This document shows, one piece after another, positions 36,700-51,600 of a DNA stretch of 64,000 nucleotides (the stretch's first letter is position 1; each line of letters begins with the position of its first letter). The DNA is from Iphione sp. A-MEVVRFRX5. Taxonomy: Eukaryota. Below the pieces are notes generated by a model, which was given only the letters and a program-made list of their open reading frames with translations, made no database searches and was not told the origin of the DNA. Both the position numbers and the translations under genes were made by a program. The stretch spans positions 44,144,001 to 44,208,000 of the forward strand of contig OZ320316.1 in the NCBI GenBank assembly GCA_976226885.1, given 5' to 3'.

Positions 36700-39600
36700 A
36701 TGGACGCCAACAGTGCCGAAATCAAAACTATTGCAATAGCGGTGGATCCCACTGAATTCGCCGAATATGCATTTGACTGTGAGTATAGCTTCTACAAATG
36801 TTACTTTCGGTGAACTGTTCGCTCACCTGATTAAACCATCGACAGGCTTGTGTTCAAGGTTAAGGTGTCCTTTCTTTAGAAATATTCAAAATTTTAGACT
36901 GAGATCCATATTAGAAGAAGTGCGGCCTTGTTTTAAGGTCTATGTCAGAAGCCAAAAGATATCTTTGCATTTTATATAATAATTCATCACACCTTCGTGA
37001 AAAATATTCGTAGGATATTCATTATGTGTATATAGCCTTTGATCATATACAATGTACTGCACACATGTATTTCACATTTATTGGTGCTGTTAATCTATAA
37101 CTACGTTTTCTCATTAATTTGGGCGGAAAGGATGTGTATAGAAATATTTCATTATCAGCTTCGTACACGATTCAACCTTCAGACATGCCCCAGATGTCTT
37201 GCGTTTTATGGAGATTTTCAGTGACTTTGTAAACGAATCACCTTAAGCAATACCTCCAAGGGGTCTTATCTTGTTCAGATAATGTGTTGTTTATTTAACC
37301 TACGCAGTCATCACCCCAAAACCCAACACGTCGAGCTTTATCACATTCCGAAGATTAAACAAGCAAAGTCTATGGGGAGGTGCCGCCTCCCTCGCCAGGC
37401 TGCGGAGCTTACCTTTCGTTACACCCCACGTTTGTTGACTGCTCACGAATGCTCTCTTCAGAGATGACCTCCCTTGAGTTGTTTATGCGTCGTATTATGC
37501 GTTGGCAGATCCCATGCAAAGCATTATACAACAGTGGCTCTGGCGTTTAGCGAGGGTGATGTCATCATCACTTTTATGTATTGATAAATATGTATAATTC
37601 AGATCGCGTTGGTAAACATGCATGTATGTAATTGTAAGGACTACATGTATATAACTCCACCTATAAAATGCTCAACATCCAAGAATTACATACACATATA
37701 CAACATAGTTTAACGTTATACCACAGATATCCGTATTAATAAATACTTCTTTTTATACCAATATAGTTTCTGATGAAACCGATATATGCTTTTTCCAAGC
37801 CTTAGTGCTTGTTGAAAGGTGAACGAAATAATGGGAGTAATTAGCTCTACGGATCAAAATTTCAAGAATGGGAAAGAAAACGTCAATGCAAATGGTCTCT
37901 GCATATTGATCTTTCATGCCATTTACTAAATACAACATTTGAAATGCATGTTCCACTTACGTACACGTTTTGGGTTAAGTTTTATCTTTTCGACTAGATT
38001 CGGTTTGCAGGCAGGGGTTCACAAATGATGGCCAGCTGCCGCACCAGAGGGTAGGTGTGAGTCAAATGTGTGCCTCGCCAAAACGGTCTAGGAATCATAG
38101 CTCATTCATTACAGAGTCAGACTGAAAAATCCAAACTAAAGAGGTCAGTTATTCTCGATAGAGGCATTTGTTAGCGGTCTTTGGGCTTCATTTGTCGAAA
38201 GTACTGCATTTTAGGTGTCAAACTACATGTACCCGAACACACATTAGGATTTGAGAAATGAAGGAATATTTTATACTATTTTCTGCAGTTTTCTAAACAT
38301 AAACATTTGCCGACATTTTACCAATTACATCATACTCGTGACAAAGTGAATATTTTGTCTTACTGCAACTTAAGTAGATATGGGAGCAATCGAGGCGTAG
38401 TTGGCTAGAACGCTGTCCATGTTGAAATTATATTCATGTTATCGTCCAGGACTATATTCATCGGAAAAAATCGACTATAGATACAAAAATTGTTAATGTC
38501 TGTCTAGCAATATCTTTTCTAAGCAGTGTTATTTATCTGAGGAATTCATATTAGATGTATGCATATGTAATTAACTCTCGAGTCACAGAGAGACTGAAAC
38601 AAGGTAAGTAGTTTCGTAGTTAACCGCAGTTGGTGACTATACATAGTGCAGCAGGTGTATGACAAAAAGACGAAACGAGGAGACAACCTCCCGAAGGAAC
38701 GCTTTCTAGGTGGCTAAATAAAGTACCGCTGTACAAACCCCGGCCTCCAACTCACGTTTTCATCCGCCCCGAAATCGTTGTCTAATTTCGCGTGTGGAAG
38801 TCTTACTGGATTCTTCTGTCTCTATCGACCTAGTAATTGTTTCTTCTGTATGTTTATACAATTCAGACGTGTCTGTGGACTTCATAGTTATCAACGTCTC
38901 AACTATTTCCTGATATGTACAGTGTCATCTATGCTTTACAAATATCTGTGGTTCTCAGTGGTAAAATGTAAGGATACAAATACTGTATATGGATAGGTCT
39001 ATTCCAAACTACTCCGGTAAGGTAATTTTATTAAAGGTATATCGAGTACACTGTAGGGGCGCTACATGCTCATCTGTTTTATTAAATGAAAGAAATGTCG
39101 ATTCGCTTCTTAAACTGGATGTGTAACCAGATAAACCCGTCGTCAAAGAATGAGCGATATAGGTATTTTATAATTGTTTTAAGTTTGTTTTACTGCTTCG
39201 CAATTCTCATACAAACTTGTGTTTTTTAAGGTTATTGTATATTCAATCTTTTCACCCAAATTATACTTTGTTTTCGTTTTTTGAAGCAGTGTTCTGATAA
39301 TGTTTCGTTAGTTCCAATTTTAATGCAGGAAATATCATGAAAACCCAGTTTACTTGGACACAACCTCTGTCTCACGAGAGGGAAATTAACACCAACGGCA
39401 ATAAACAATTTTTCCATAATTCTGAAAGAATAACGTATCCAAAATGTGCATAAAACTTCACGTAAAACAAAAGACAAATAAATATATGTCATTCAGTTTC
39501 CGATGTTGGAAGAAAATAACAATCTGATATTCTGAACCCCAAGTATGTGATGCTATAGATCCTGTGATGTCACTTGTAGAGATAGTTTCAAGACATCCTT

Positions 39601-42600
39601 TAATCAGAGCTTTGCATCGTTCCAACCACAGAGCCGAATAATTATTCTTTCTGATTTTCGGGTTCATTTTTTTAGTGAGAGTAGGTAGGGATTAATGAAA
39701 TAACTACTCATAAAAAAGACACTGTTCATTTTGTATGACTGACTTGACTGGATGGCTTAGAGCTAATTCGGAAGTTCGCAGTTCGGAAGTATTAAGGTCA
39801 TAAAGTGATAACATATTATTATGGCCCCTCCGAAGAACAGATATGCTTGGATAGTGAGTAGAATGATAGATGTCTAGAATTCCACGAACTCAAGAACAGG
39901 AATCAGAGACCTCGTCGACAGATTGTGGTATTGGGGACCACAGACCTTTGCCGTTGAGGCAAGCCAGGCAGGATCCCTCCCTTGCTGCTCTTATGCATAG
40001 CAGAGGAGGGAGTAGGGCATATTCTGCCCACCAGGGAGGCAGCCTTGCAAACAAGACAGAAGAGGCACCTTGTGTGATTTCTGGAAGAACATGGAGGAGC
40101 AACTCGTCTGTCTCTGCTAACATAGCATGTATCATGACATATGGCCACTGAAATGAACCACCTTGAGCAAGTCCTTTTTTAAAGAATGTTCTTTACTTTT
40201 TATAAAGCTTTGAAGCAGCAACTCAATTCATTCTCGGATTCCCCTAGCTGTGCCCAGACATTAATAGAATATAAGGGTGAAATGGGGAATAAACCCTTCC
40301 CCTTGATAGAAACCGGTATATAAATCAGTTAGAGGGTTTTTTTCGCTTCAAGCGTGTAAACTTGTAGCTGTACAGAACTGTACTGGGAGGCAGGCAGGGA
40401 AGCCCCGGGCTAGGCTTCACCTCGCCTGGTTGGATCTAAATCACGGGTATGTGACTGATATCAGGTGGAACAGTGGAAACAATCGCAAATTATATTGTGT
40501 ATGGTTGAATATGCATGCAATACATGTACTTTGGTGAATAAATTCGTATGATATTACCCTTTGGGCTAGATGGGACTGCGGAAATGTCGAGACCTCAATA
40601 TTGGGATGAAACTGGAATGTCACGTACGTACTTTCCTACACAGTTGACCGTATTGGTCCAGTCACCGCACCCTACACTGACGCTGTCGAACAGAGCAGTA
40701 CGTATGTAGTGTCACATGGGGCCGTAAGGCATCCTTATTTGGTGGGGCGGTTCCTAATACAATTAGCCGTGATATCATACCCTGCCCCTCTTGACATATG
40801 GCACCCTTCATTACAAGACCTTATGAACATGAAACAAAACATATCCGTGTAATGCCATCCCCTCCCCCCCACGTTTCATCATCTCTTATCAGCCAATAAC
40901 ACTTCCAGGTACCTGAAATATTGTGTGTGAGGAGAAAATCGATTGGAGAAGCGTTTGTGACTTCTATCACTTACGAATGACTGCCAAAGTCCATTTTACT
41001 TTGAGAAAACCATGGCAAGTAATCACCATGGGTGGGGAGTTAGCTCAGTGGTAGAGCATTGGTCCACTGATTGAAAGGTTGCAGGTTCAATCCCGGACTT
41101 GGGACTCTTGATCAAAATCAGACAGATTTACTGTAGGCCCTCAACCCAGAGTGGTCCACAACTCGTTTAAAGGCTGTGGGTGTATAGGATTCTGTCCCCT
41201 ATGCATAAAAAGACTCCAGAAACCTATTTGAAGTAAGAGTAGGGTATTCTGGGCTCTCAATTTTCAACAATAGATGGTAGTATGCTACCCCCGGAGGATA
41301 TGGAAGAGCCCTGTCCTGATGATAGGTGAATATATTCCTGGTTAAAGATACAATGAAATGAAATCATATTAGAAACATCTTCTGAGGTAATTGATAGAGA
41401 AGGGAAATGGGACGATTTGTCATTGTCTTGAAAACGGATGTTATTGATGGTGATATCCCTGTCAATTCTCAATAATGAGTTTAATACATTGTACGTAGAA
41501 TTTTAAAATACACACTACTTCAGAACATTTCATGAACGATACTTGCCTCAAAGAGATTGGAACGTCTGAATTCAGGAAAACAAATTGAAAATTGGAGATT
41601 ATTGAATCCAGGTAAAGGAGCACAACAGTTTAAGAGTGAATATAGCTGAAAACGTAGGCAATATGTGTATGTCCAGCTGAAAAAGACGAAATTATTGTAC
41701 TTTCTGCGTGAATCTAGCTGAGATACGTGCACTGACCTTCTTTCCCTGCTGCTCTCCCGTAGCTCATTTGCAGCCCAGCTACAGGGTCATTTGACAAAAA
41801 TTATCATAGCCTCATGATGAATAGATTTCTATGGAACCACGACAAAACAAAAGCTGCTATTGACTGGATCAAATGATACATTTCTCTTCTACAATTTAAA
41901 TTTCACTAAATTCTTTCAAAAATTCTCTTAGAATCTTGCTTTTAGGGGTGGCAGTTATGAATGGAACTATCATAGAACCACAATCAAGGTAGCATCTGCA
42001 GGAAACAGTCATCTACAGCCACGTCTGGACGATTCTCTTAGAATCTAAAATAAAGTGATTCATATAGCAGCTAAAACCTGATTTCACTGTCAGTCTCATT
42101 ACCACGTGTAGGGCGTTCCCTGCCATGCTCAAAGATTGCCTGCCATGCAAATTATTGAGCAAGTATAACCAGTTTGCATACACATTCTCAAGAGAAGAAG
42201 AATTTCTTTTGCAAATGAGTCCATGACGGAAGGGAATGATGACATCAACCAAAGTGTATCAGAAATTAACATTGATGTTAAAGAGTAAAATGCCTTGGTA
42301 TTCTGTAGGATGGAATGACGTAAAGGGCACGCAAAGGAAACTGCCACAGCTATCATGTTAGTAATTAAGTCAATGCTGTACACCGTTTTGTAACATATGG
42401 CAAAGGGTTCCAAACACCTCTTGAAGATGTTTTCTTGTAAGGTTCTTTCGAAAATGTTCCTTCTAGCAATTGTAAACTGATTGCCTGCTATTGTGTATGC
42501 ATATGCTTTCAATTATGATGGCGGGTCAAGAGCCCATATGAGCCTGAAAGTGCGAGTTCGAGGAATCATCCCTTACAAAAGAACAATGACATTCAACCAT

Positions 42601-45600
42601 CTTTTAAAATATCTAATAGCGGAATTCACTAGAAAGCATAATTAATTGATATATGCATCTGCCTACCTACACCACCCTAATGCCGTCTTCTCCCAGTGCC
42701 GTCTGGTCCAAACCTATGAGCAAGCTGTGCAAATTGTGTACACATCTTAGTACATGTATATGCAGAAATAATTTCTAATATGATATTGAAATGACCTATA
42801 TGCATATTGCATGGATTTGTGCTGGTAATAGGCAATTATTAAAGTTAAGTTTGTCACAGAGTTCTTCATGCTGTCTGCCAGTTAAGATATAACAAATGTC
42901 GAAGAAGACACATGTATATCAGGCAGTGCGACACTCGCATGAGTTCCTGGTCATAAAATTCATCAGCAATAGTAATTGTACTTGTAGAAATATTATTTTG
43001 TGAATGGACACAAGGGTCTACCATTTTGTTTGCGATGATTTGGTGAAAATGTTCAGTACACACGACAATATTACACCCCTAGCAGGTCTCAGCTCCTTTG
43101 GTGTGGCACTTATGGGTCTGATGTGTTTGTCTTGCTGCACACTATGTACAGTATTCCCTCCCATCCAGCCTTAGGAATGGTTAATGCATTGGCTTCTGGC
43201 CCAATATAGCACGCACTTACAGTACTTCGTTTACGTAGTAGAGAGCACAGTCCCTCCACAGAATTACAGTTATCACTCTTCCTGCTGTAGGTCAGGTCAT
43301 GTGACTACAAAGTCAATGAGCAATTTCCACGAAAACATGGTCAGGGTTATGTTCTCAGCGACAGCGGTTCAATCAAGCGATAGCGGTGACCAATTGGTAT
43401 TTGTTGCTTTCCTGGAACCATAATGTATAACAAGTGGTTATGTATATCATGGATATTATAGCCTATACATGTAATTTAAATCATGCCAGTGCATATTGCG
43501 TGCCTAAACGTGGTCGAACTCATCATGTCCTTTTGCTTTCCCTTATCTGAGCTGACCTGGCCACGCGATTGCACATCTCATGGTATTTCATCATGGATGC
43601 TAACCTTTCTACCTACCACATTTCTGATCCATGTTCATCCGTTTACCATTGCACAACTCATAATTTTATTCTCTCTTAGTAGTCATAGTTGGCTAGACCC
43701 GCTTGCTTTGTAAAAGTTAAACAGTTAGGTGATTACGCATCCTAAGACTCTTTTCTGCGGTATCTGCATTAAAGAATGTTCTTTAATCAATGTATGTGGA
43801 TAATTTACACCAATCCAGGAAGTTAGAAAATGTACATATATGCATGTCAGTCCCACTTGGAAACATGATGATCGTAAGTCTTGCCCAGGTGCATGCTCAT
43901 GCTAGAATCTGCCGTCGTCCCTATGCGCCACCTTTCTTTTTGCAACTGCGTCATTTAATTTGTGAATGTATCAGATGTATCTACGCTCTTATGAGCAAAG
44001 GCCACTGATCTACTCTCATTGCTATAACGCTTCTTATTATGTTCTTTTGTCGGACTCGTGCAGTCAAGATCAACTTGTGTCAGAATTCTGTCTCCCTTCA
44101 AGTGTACTTTAATGCTGCTCCTCGCATAAATCGTATTTTTACTGTTGATTTTTCTTAGGTTTCGTTCCACGCCCCTGTCGCTCATGTCAGCATTATTAGC
44201 GCAGTTGTTTCATCACCATACATGTATACTCCTACCCGCGGCTTCCATTTCCCACAGCGTAGTTTGGTCGGTCCCTGTTAGCATTGTACTGTTGCCGAGT
44301 TCAGTGTCCCATTTGTTGGGGCACTTCTCGGTAGAGGGTCGTTGGTCAGCCCAGCAGTGATAGCTGCCATTTCAGTAGAGTGGGTGGCCCCGTGTGTGGG
44401 GTTTGTGGGGCCTCTATGGTCCTGTTTTTTTGGTGTAAGAGGCATAGACACACCTTTGTTTCAAGTGGTTGCTTTGCTGTGGGGAACAAAGTCATGTTCC
44501 CTTGCTCCCAGGATGTTGCCGCCTTTCTAGGATTTTACCAAGGGGCATGCTGTGGTCCTACTTAATATTGGGGGGAGAGGAACATCTTGTTCCTGGCCCT
44601 GCTGTCATTGGTTGATTGCTTGGTGAGTGGGGTTGAGGTGGGCCACAGTGGCAAGGCCCCATCTGGCTTACATCGAGATTATTTGATAGGGTGAGGTATG
44701 AGGAGGCATTCATGTGTTCTAGGGAGTTTTATAGGAGCTTGGTTGGTTACAGGAGTATAAGGCGAATGATTATTAAGCATGTGGATGAGAAGAGATGGGA
44801 ATTGCCTGGTTTGGTGATGGTACAGGGGAGATCTTCCCGATCTCTACCCTGGTGGGTTTATTTCTAGGTGCCTCATAGGGTGGGGACGTGTCTGAACATG
44901 GGAACCCCATGTGGTTTACATCAATACTGTGGGGCGGTGTGCAGAGCATATGGCTTCCATGTGTTTTATGTAGTTTTGTTTGGGTGTTTTGTCAGAGAAA
45001 CCTCCTGCATCCATCGAGGCTTCACCTAGCTATGGGGGGCACCTGGGGAGAGCATGACAAGGCTCTCTTCACTGCCATACATGTCAATTGCTGCACGTAT
45101 GAGGTTGGGGCAGTTGGTGATGATGTAGGGCATGAGTAGATGGCACCACGGGTGCACAGTTGGTATTCTGGCAGGCTGATTGTCTGCCTGTACCCTAGTC
45201 GTAGTTGAGTGATGGTAGCCTGGAAGTCTCCAGGGAGATTCACACCTGGTGGCGAGCATGCCTTTATCAGGAGCCTATGCCACCTCCAGCTCCTTGAGGG
45301 GGAGGTATAGTTGGGCTTGTTCCTCCATTCTTCTAGGACCATCCTCTTCATCAGTTTGGTACACTGTTGAAGGGATGGGTCCATGGGCATCAGTACCTTG
45401 TCAACACTTGAGGCGAGCTTGGCTGCCCTGTCAGCAGCTATTTTGCCTGTGATACCCATGTGGGAGGGGATCCAATGGAGTATGGTCCTGGCTCTCTGTG
45501 CCTCCCATGGGAGTATGGTTTTCTGGATGGTGTGTGCAAGGGTGTTTTTACCATCCTTGTCTTGTATGGCCAGAATAGCATCGTAGGGAACTGAATGTAT

Positions 45601-48600
45601 GCAGACTGTTTCCCGGCAGTGAATGCTTAGGGCTATGTGTATAGATGCAGTTCTATGGTTAGGCAGGAGGCCTTGTTACTCACTCTAGTGTATTTTGCTA
45701 TCCAGTGGAGTAAGGCAATGCAGGCTGTGCCAGACCTTCCCATGATTGGATTGGCACTGTCATCTGTGTAGATGTCATGGGCTTCAGGGAAGAGCTCTCG
45801 TAATTCTTCCACCTCCACGAGTGCTGTGGTCTTGAGGATGAGTGGGTTGACCTCAGCTTTCTTCAACTGGGGAAGGTTGGCCATGACCTTGACAGGGATG
45901 TCTGCCCATGGTGGTAGGTTTACTGGCTGTGCCTTGGGTATCAGGCTTCACCCTATGCCTTTGGCTCTCTTCATTGCTGCTTTTGTGATGAGCAAAAGTC
46001 TAAGGGCTCTGGTGCCACTCCCCTTGAGTCGCCTCTGGAGAAGTTGTACAAAGCTTGTGTCCAACTTACATGCCATCCTGACAAGGAAGCATGAGTGATC
46101 AGTTAGGATCCTTTCCTTGATGGGTGGTAGTCCTGTCTCTGATTGGAAGTTGATGATGTGTGCATATCTTGGTGCAGTGAGGATTTTGTGAGGAGCTTCC
46201 TCTAGAGACTCTTGACAATGTGGTCAATGGCCACCCTGAGGGTGCGTTTGTCTAGGACTATCCCTAGCTATTTGCAGTTGTTGACCCACTCTATCCTATC
46301 ACCATCCAGAGTTAGCTCCCGCCCTGGTTTCACCTTAGTGGATCACTTTCATCTTCCACAGGGACACCTTCAGTTCAGGGTTCTGGCATCTGGTGAGCAC
46401 TTCCTTTAGGGCATTCGATGCTGTGCTCCAGGCATCAACTCGGTCTCTGCAGATTATTGCAAAGTCATATGTGTAAGAGAGCATGGTCGAGCCTGGGATG
46501 TCATCTGCAATGAACTGTCTCATTATGCTGTTGAATAAGAGGGTCCTGAGGACTCCTTCCTGTGGTACCCTATTCTGAAGACTGTGAGGGGTGGACATTT
46601 TTCCTTGGAAGGTGATGCCCAAGGTGTTATACCAAGCATCCAGGGTACTTACGTGGGCCACCACATGCATGCACATGACAAGGCATACAGTCTGCCTTAT
46701 GGTGTCAGTAAGGTGCTCTCGCTCTGGCTGTACATCCACAGTACTGGTAGCTGTTACTAGAAGCCACCCAAAAGTTTGCCCGGTCAGCTTTTACATGACC
46801 ATACAATGGGCCCAAAGTCTGAACCCTTTGCCTATGTCTGGGTCTTGCAGAAAGAGCTGCCTGTGCACTGTCTGAGTTGTCCCTGGCTGGGTAGTCGAGC
46901 CTGCATTGCACCCAGGGATCAGGTGTCCTGAGGTCCAGTGGTCAGCTGCCTGGGTCTCTCCAGCCACATCAGTTGACGTGGCCAGAGGGGGATCCAGCAG
47001 ATTCCCCCTCCCCTGGAAGCTGCCTCTGGGGGCTCCTGGGGGGCGGGGGTATCCTGGACACGACAGGCCGAGGACACTGGGGGATACCAACATCCATGGG
47101 CTATGCCTACATGACATGCCAGGGATGCTGGAGGGGGAGGGGTGCCATCATATATATCTTGAGGGGGGACTTCCTTTAAGTGCTGGTTGATTAATGCTCC
47201 TATCCCTGGCCAGCGACTCACTCACAACTCCCGGTGTGCTCTGCAGTCTCCCTATCAAGGCCCTCCTCTGGGTGGCCATGGGCCTTCTTCAAAAGGTCTG
47301 CGTGGACTGTGTGTCACTTCCAGCCTGTTCCAATTCAATATACCACAGCAGATAGCCCTGCCTCCACGGTCCAGGTCCCTTGCCACAAGCATTGCAACTT
47401 GGGGGAATGACCCTTCCTCTTGACAGGCAGAAACTGCCACGCTGGGTCACAGACGTTGATATCCTGTGCATGAACCTTTTGATCATACCAGTCCTTCGGA
47501 CACTCCACAAGTCATCATAACTATCGGCAGACTTTTGACACACTCAAATCTTCATACTTTTAAAGTTGTTACATTCCAGACATTTGGCATTTATCTGATT
47601 CAGTGGCATGTTAGGTATTTTACATGAAGGTAACAACTTAAGCATTAATACCAGTTTATGCTGATATAAACACCAGAACCAACTGTTATCATGCTGCCTG
47701 GTTATCCTGACTATGTCACTGCATAATACTGTAGCGTTTCGGTGTTTGGTATGAACAAAATGCGCATTGAGTGTGTTTCTCCGAAAGGGTTCTCGGAGGA
47801 TAATCCTCCGAAATAGCCACCGGTGGCGTGGGGTGGGAAGAACATTCTGGAAACTCCCCTAGGAGGGAGTACGTGTGTACTGAGCATGGCTCGGAAGGTT
47901 CTGGAAAGGATCTCTCTAGAAGGATCCAAGGTAGTATATGCTATGGAAGGTTCTAGAAGGGAACTCTCCAGAAGGATCCTATAGAGAAAGGTAGTATGTG
48001 CTGTAGAAGGTTCTAGAAGCATCCCTCCAGAAAGATCTCTGGGGGAGGGTGTTACTATTTTTAAGACTGTACCATGGCTAATTTTAGAGCCAGACTCTGT
48101 ATATAAGGGCACTGATTTCTTGAATAAAGACAGTTCTCATCCGAACTTGGAAGTGAGAGCAACAACGCATACTCTGTGTGGAAGTTCTTTATTTCACGAT
48201 AGCCATCTGGCCTGACGACGACCGACACGTTACATTTGGTGGCAGCGGTGGGATTCTCTACTCAACTTGGAAGAAAGAGAATCCCCATGGACACGAACAC
48301 GGCGTCTCCAGAGAAGGATGGCTACAGTTTATCGGAATCCGATCGAGATCACTTGCGGCCTATGCGAGAAGGAGGAAACGGTCTCCAGCGAAGACGGTGC
48401 GGCCCGGTCCGCGATTATTTATCGGCAACTGAGCGACAAGGGTCGGAGTACGAAGATTCCGACATGATGAACATGACAGAAGAAATCGCCGACGGATCCA
48501 CGAAGGATCATGAGGAAGGTAATTTGCCCAGTAGAGGGGAAGCGAGTGTTGCCGGAGGACGTGGTGAGATATCGGTAGTTGTCTGTTCTTGCTCTGAGGG

Positions 48601-51600
48601 AGAGGAACAGGAGAAGGATCAGCCACCAGGAGGAGAATCGGTTCGCGTATTCTCTCGGCAGCGGCGACCCCGAAGACTCCTTGAAATAACCTCAGGTGGT
48701 TGTGAGGAAGATAGGAAACGACCAGGCCTTGGTGAAGATAGTGGATCCAACGACGCGACTTTGCCGACAGAGTCATGCAGTCGGCGACGGTTCGACCAGG
48801 AGGTGGAACGGACAGCGAGTCAGGAGGAACCAACCTCCGAATGGGACGGGTTACTGGAGGAATTTGGCGCATTCCTCCGAAGACAGGAGAAACAGGGAAG
48901 ACGGATACCCGGACCAGGGCAGAAACCATCAATGCCCCAAAAGTATAACGAATTTCCGAAATTATCTCCTCCGACAGAAATGAAATCATCTTCTCGTTTG
49001 AAGTTGGTCAAGCCAGAGCGATATGATGGAACGTACGACTGGGAAGACTGGCATTCTCGATTCGAGGAATGGGCAAAAGTAAGTGCGTGGGATGAAGAAA
49101 CTAAGAAGAACATGTTGGTATTGTCCTTAACGGGGGCTGCACGAATATTTTATAGCAATTTAACCTCTGCAGAGACTTGTACGTATCAGCGGCGTGTTAA
49201 TGCCCTGTTTAATCGATTTGGAGAAGGCAGGGAGAAAATTCAAGCAGTTCAGAAGTTGACTACTCTTCGGAGGACTGGGAACCAAACTCCTAGGCAGCTG
49301 GCGAATGAGGTGTGCCAGCTGATGTATCAAGCGTATCCTGATGTGGACAGGGAAACGCGAGACTCTCTCTCGGTGAATTTCTTCCGGAGGGCTCTTGATG
49401 GTGAGATGAAGTTAAGGTGTGCTTGCGCAAAGATAGAAACTCTGGAGGAAGCGATACAAGTAGTAGAGATGGAGGAACGGTATACCAGTAGAGGAAAGAC
49501 TCCGACATCCTGGACAGAAGGAGGTGATGCAGACCAACTTGAGGCGGTAAGGAGAAAAGACGAGGAGAAACTGGCTTGGAGGGATGCTAGACTCTATTGG
49601 AGGGGAGCACCAGCAAGAGAAAGGGTGTTTCCGAAAAAAGGCAAGAAAGGAAGAAATGAGTCGGGAAAAATCGTGTGCTGGCATTGCGGATCGGAGGATC
49701 ATTTCAAGAGAAATTGCCCACACCTGCAGCCGAATGTCAAGCCAGCTGTAACTTTGGTAGAACTTCCGGGAAACGGGGAAGCGCCACCGGCTCTAGCTGC
49801 CAAGTGGGGACGGTGGCAGGTTCAAGTCTGTGTCTCCCTGTAAAAATTGTTGGTCAGAAGATGGATCACTTGATCGATCCGAGAGCTGAGGCAGCTGTTA
49901 CGAAGGAAGAATTCGCTCCAAGTGATACTAGTCAAACACAGTTTTCTGGTGCCACAGAACAGGTAGCTCCAACTTTGGGTCAAGGAGTCATGACATTCGA
50001 AGCAAATGGGTACAAGTACGAGATACCAATAGTTTTTGCTATCATGTGAAGTAAAAGAAGATCATCGGAAATTGAAAGGAACCACCAGGGAAAATGTCTA
50101 TGTGCAGAAAATATTCCGAAAAACAGTTTTTCCGAGAAACTCAAGAAATGCGGTGAGGAGAAGGTCGACATAGGAAGAATGTCTCATGGGTATGGCTGAC
50201 ATGCTGAAGTTTGAGAAGATTCCTTGAGGAAGAATTCGGAGAGTGGTACAACGCCTGCGCGATGCTGGGCTGAAATCCAAACTGAAGAAATGTGACCTCT
50301 TCCTGAAGCATTTCGATCTCTTAAGGCACGTTGTGACAGAAGAAGACATATGCAGAAACACTGAGAAGATTCAAATTGTTGGACATGTACTCGACTTGGG
50401 GTTATGTGTTTCCTCGAAGGGTGACACTATGGGAGAAGAATCATTGGGATAGCAGAAGACACTTGAAGAAGACGCTGGTATGAGCCTCAGAACGATGTGA
50501 CCTTGGAGGACAAGATGAGAAAAGAATTATTGACGATGCTTCCGGCGGTCGAAGAAATCTGCGACCTGCCGAGTTTTTCCAAAGAAAGAAAACTTTGAGG
50601 GCGGTTACAAGAAGCTTCCACCCGGAGGGGTGATAGAAGGTGGAGAGCACTCTTTGCATGTCGGAGCTGCAGGAGCGAATGCGGATGACAGTAGTAGTCG
50701 TCCGTGAACAGTTCGGAGAATCCGCAAAAAGACAGAGTATGGCCAAAGAGTGCGACATCGGAAAAATCCAGAAAATTGCCCTGATTTGGCTCTACGATCC
50801 CCAGTACCAACGGGTGAAAAAGGGCAAGTTAAGTTTCCTTTGGAAGAAGGTCCTCCGTCTTGTACGAACTTGATCAAAGCGGACGTGTAATGTAACATCA
50901 TGAATCAACCCTGGCGATGAAGTATTCCTTTACCGGAAGGAATAGCTGAAAGGGGGTTTTGTGATTCAGAAGCCAGAGGGACACTACAAGTAATTTGTCA
51001 AGCTGTCTCTGAGGGGAAAAACTTCCGAGAGCAATGACAAAGTGAAGCTATCGGAATAGTTCTTCAGTCATGTGGGTAGCAGAAAGGAACGATTTAATTT
51101 GTCATGGGATTAAACGGTTACCTGAAGATTTGAAGTTTGTAAGTGGGACACTACGTCAAGTCCTGCATGGATTTGGGGAAAGAAATTCTCAGCTACAGGG
51201 AATTTTGTCACATGAAGATTATGTGATCAGCGCTATACGATCAGCGAAACTTTGGAAATAAGCAATTCCGAACAATGGTCTTGTATGACTCTGGCAAACT
51301 GCAAACACCAGCAACTGCAGGAAAGGGAATTGAGCTGTCTACACCTGTAAGAAGTGACATACGAACAAGCACGGGAAAAAGGACGGTAGTGCACAAAAAC
51401 AGAATCCACCCGTACCTCGGTGGGAAATTGCCAAAATGGGTAAGAAAGGCCATGCAGAAACCCAGACAAGTCTGATCAACTTGGGTAGGCCTAGGAATGG
51501 TGAAAACTTACCTTGCGGCAGACTAAGTTATTGGTCGGGTTAGCTATTCCTTCTGGTGAAGGAATACTTTGTCCTCCGACGATAACGGAAATACAACAAG

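Noticed and set aside
41034-41110. tRNA gene
   Set aside because: A and B boxes are present, but the T and acceptor stems do not pair and it continues into a SINE core and tail; treated as a SINE head.
47711-48112. Antisense 133-aa ORF across the LTR (175 aa at 54221-54748)
   Set aside because: It starts at GTG, its repeated LLEPS is just the reverse translation of the HSE repeats, and its ends differ between the two LTRs because they depend on flanking sequence.
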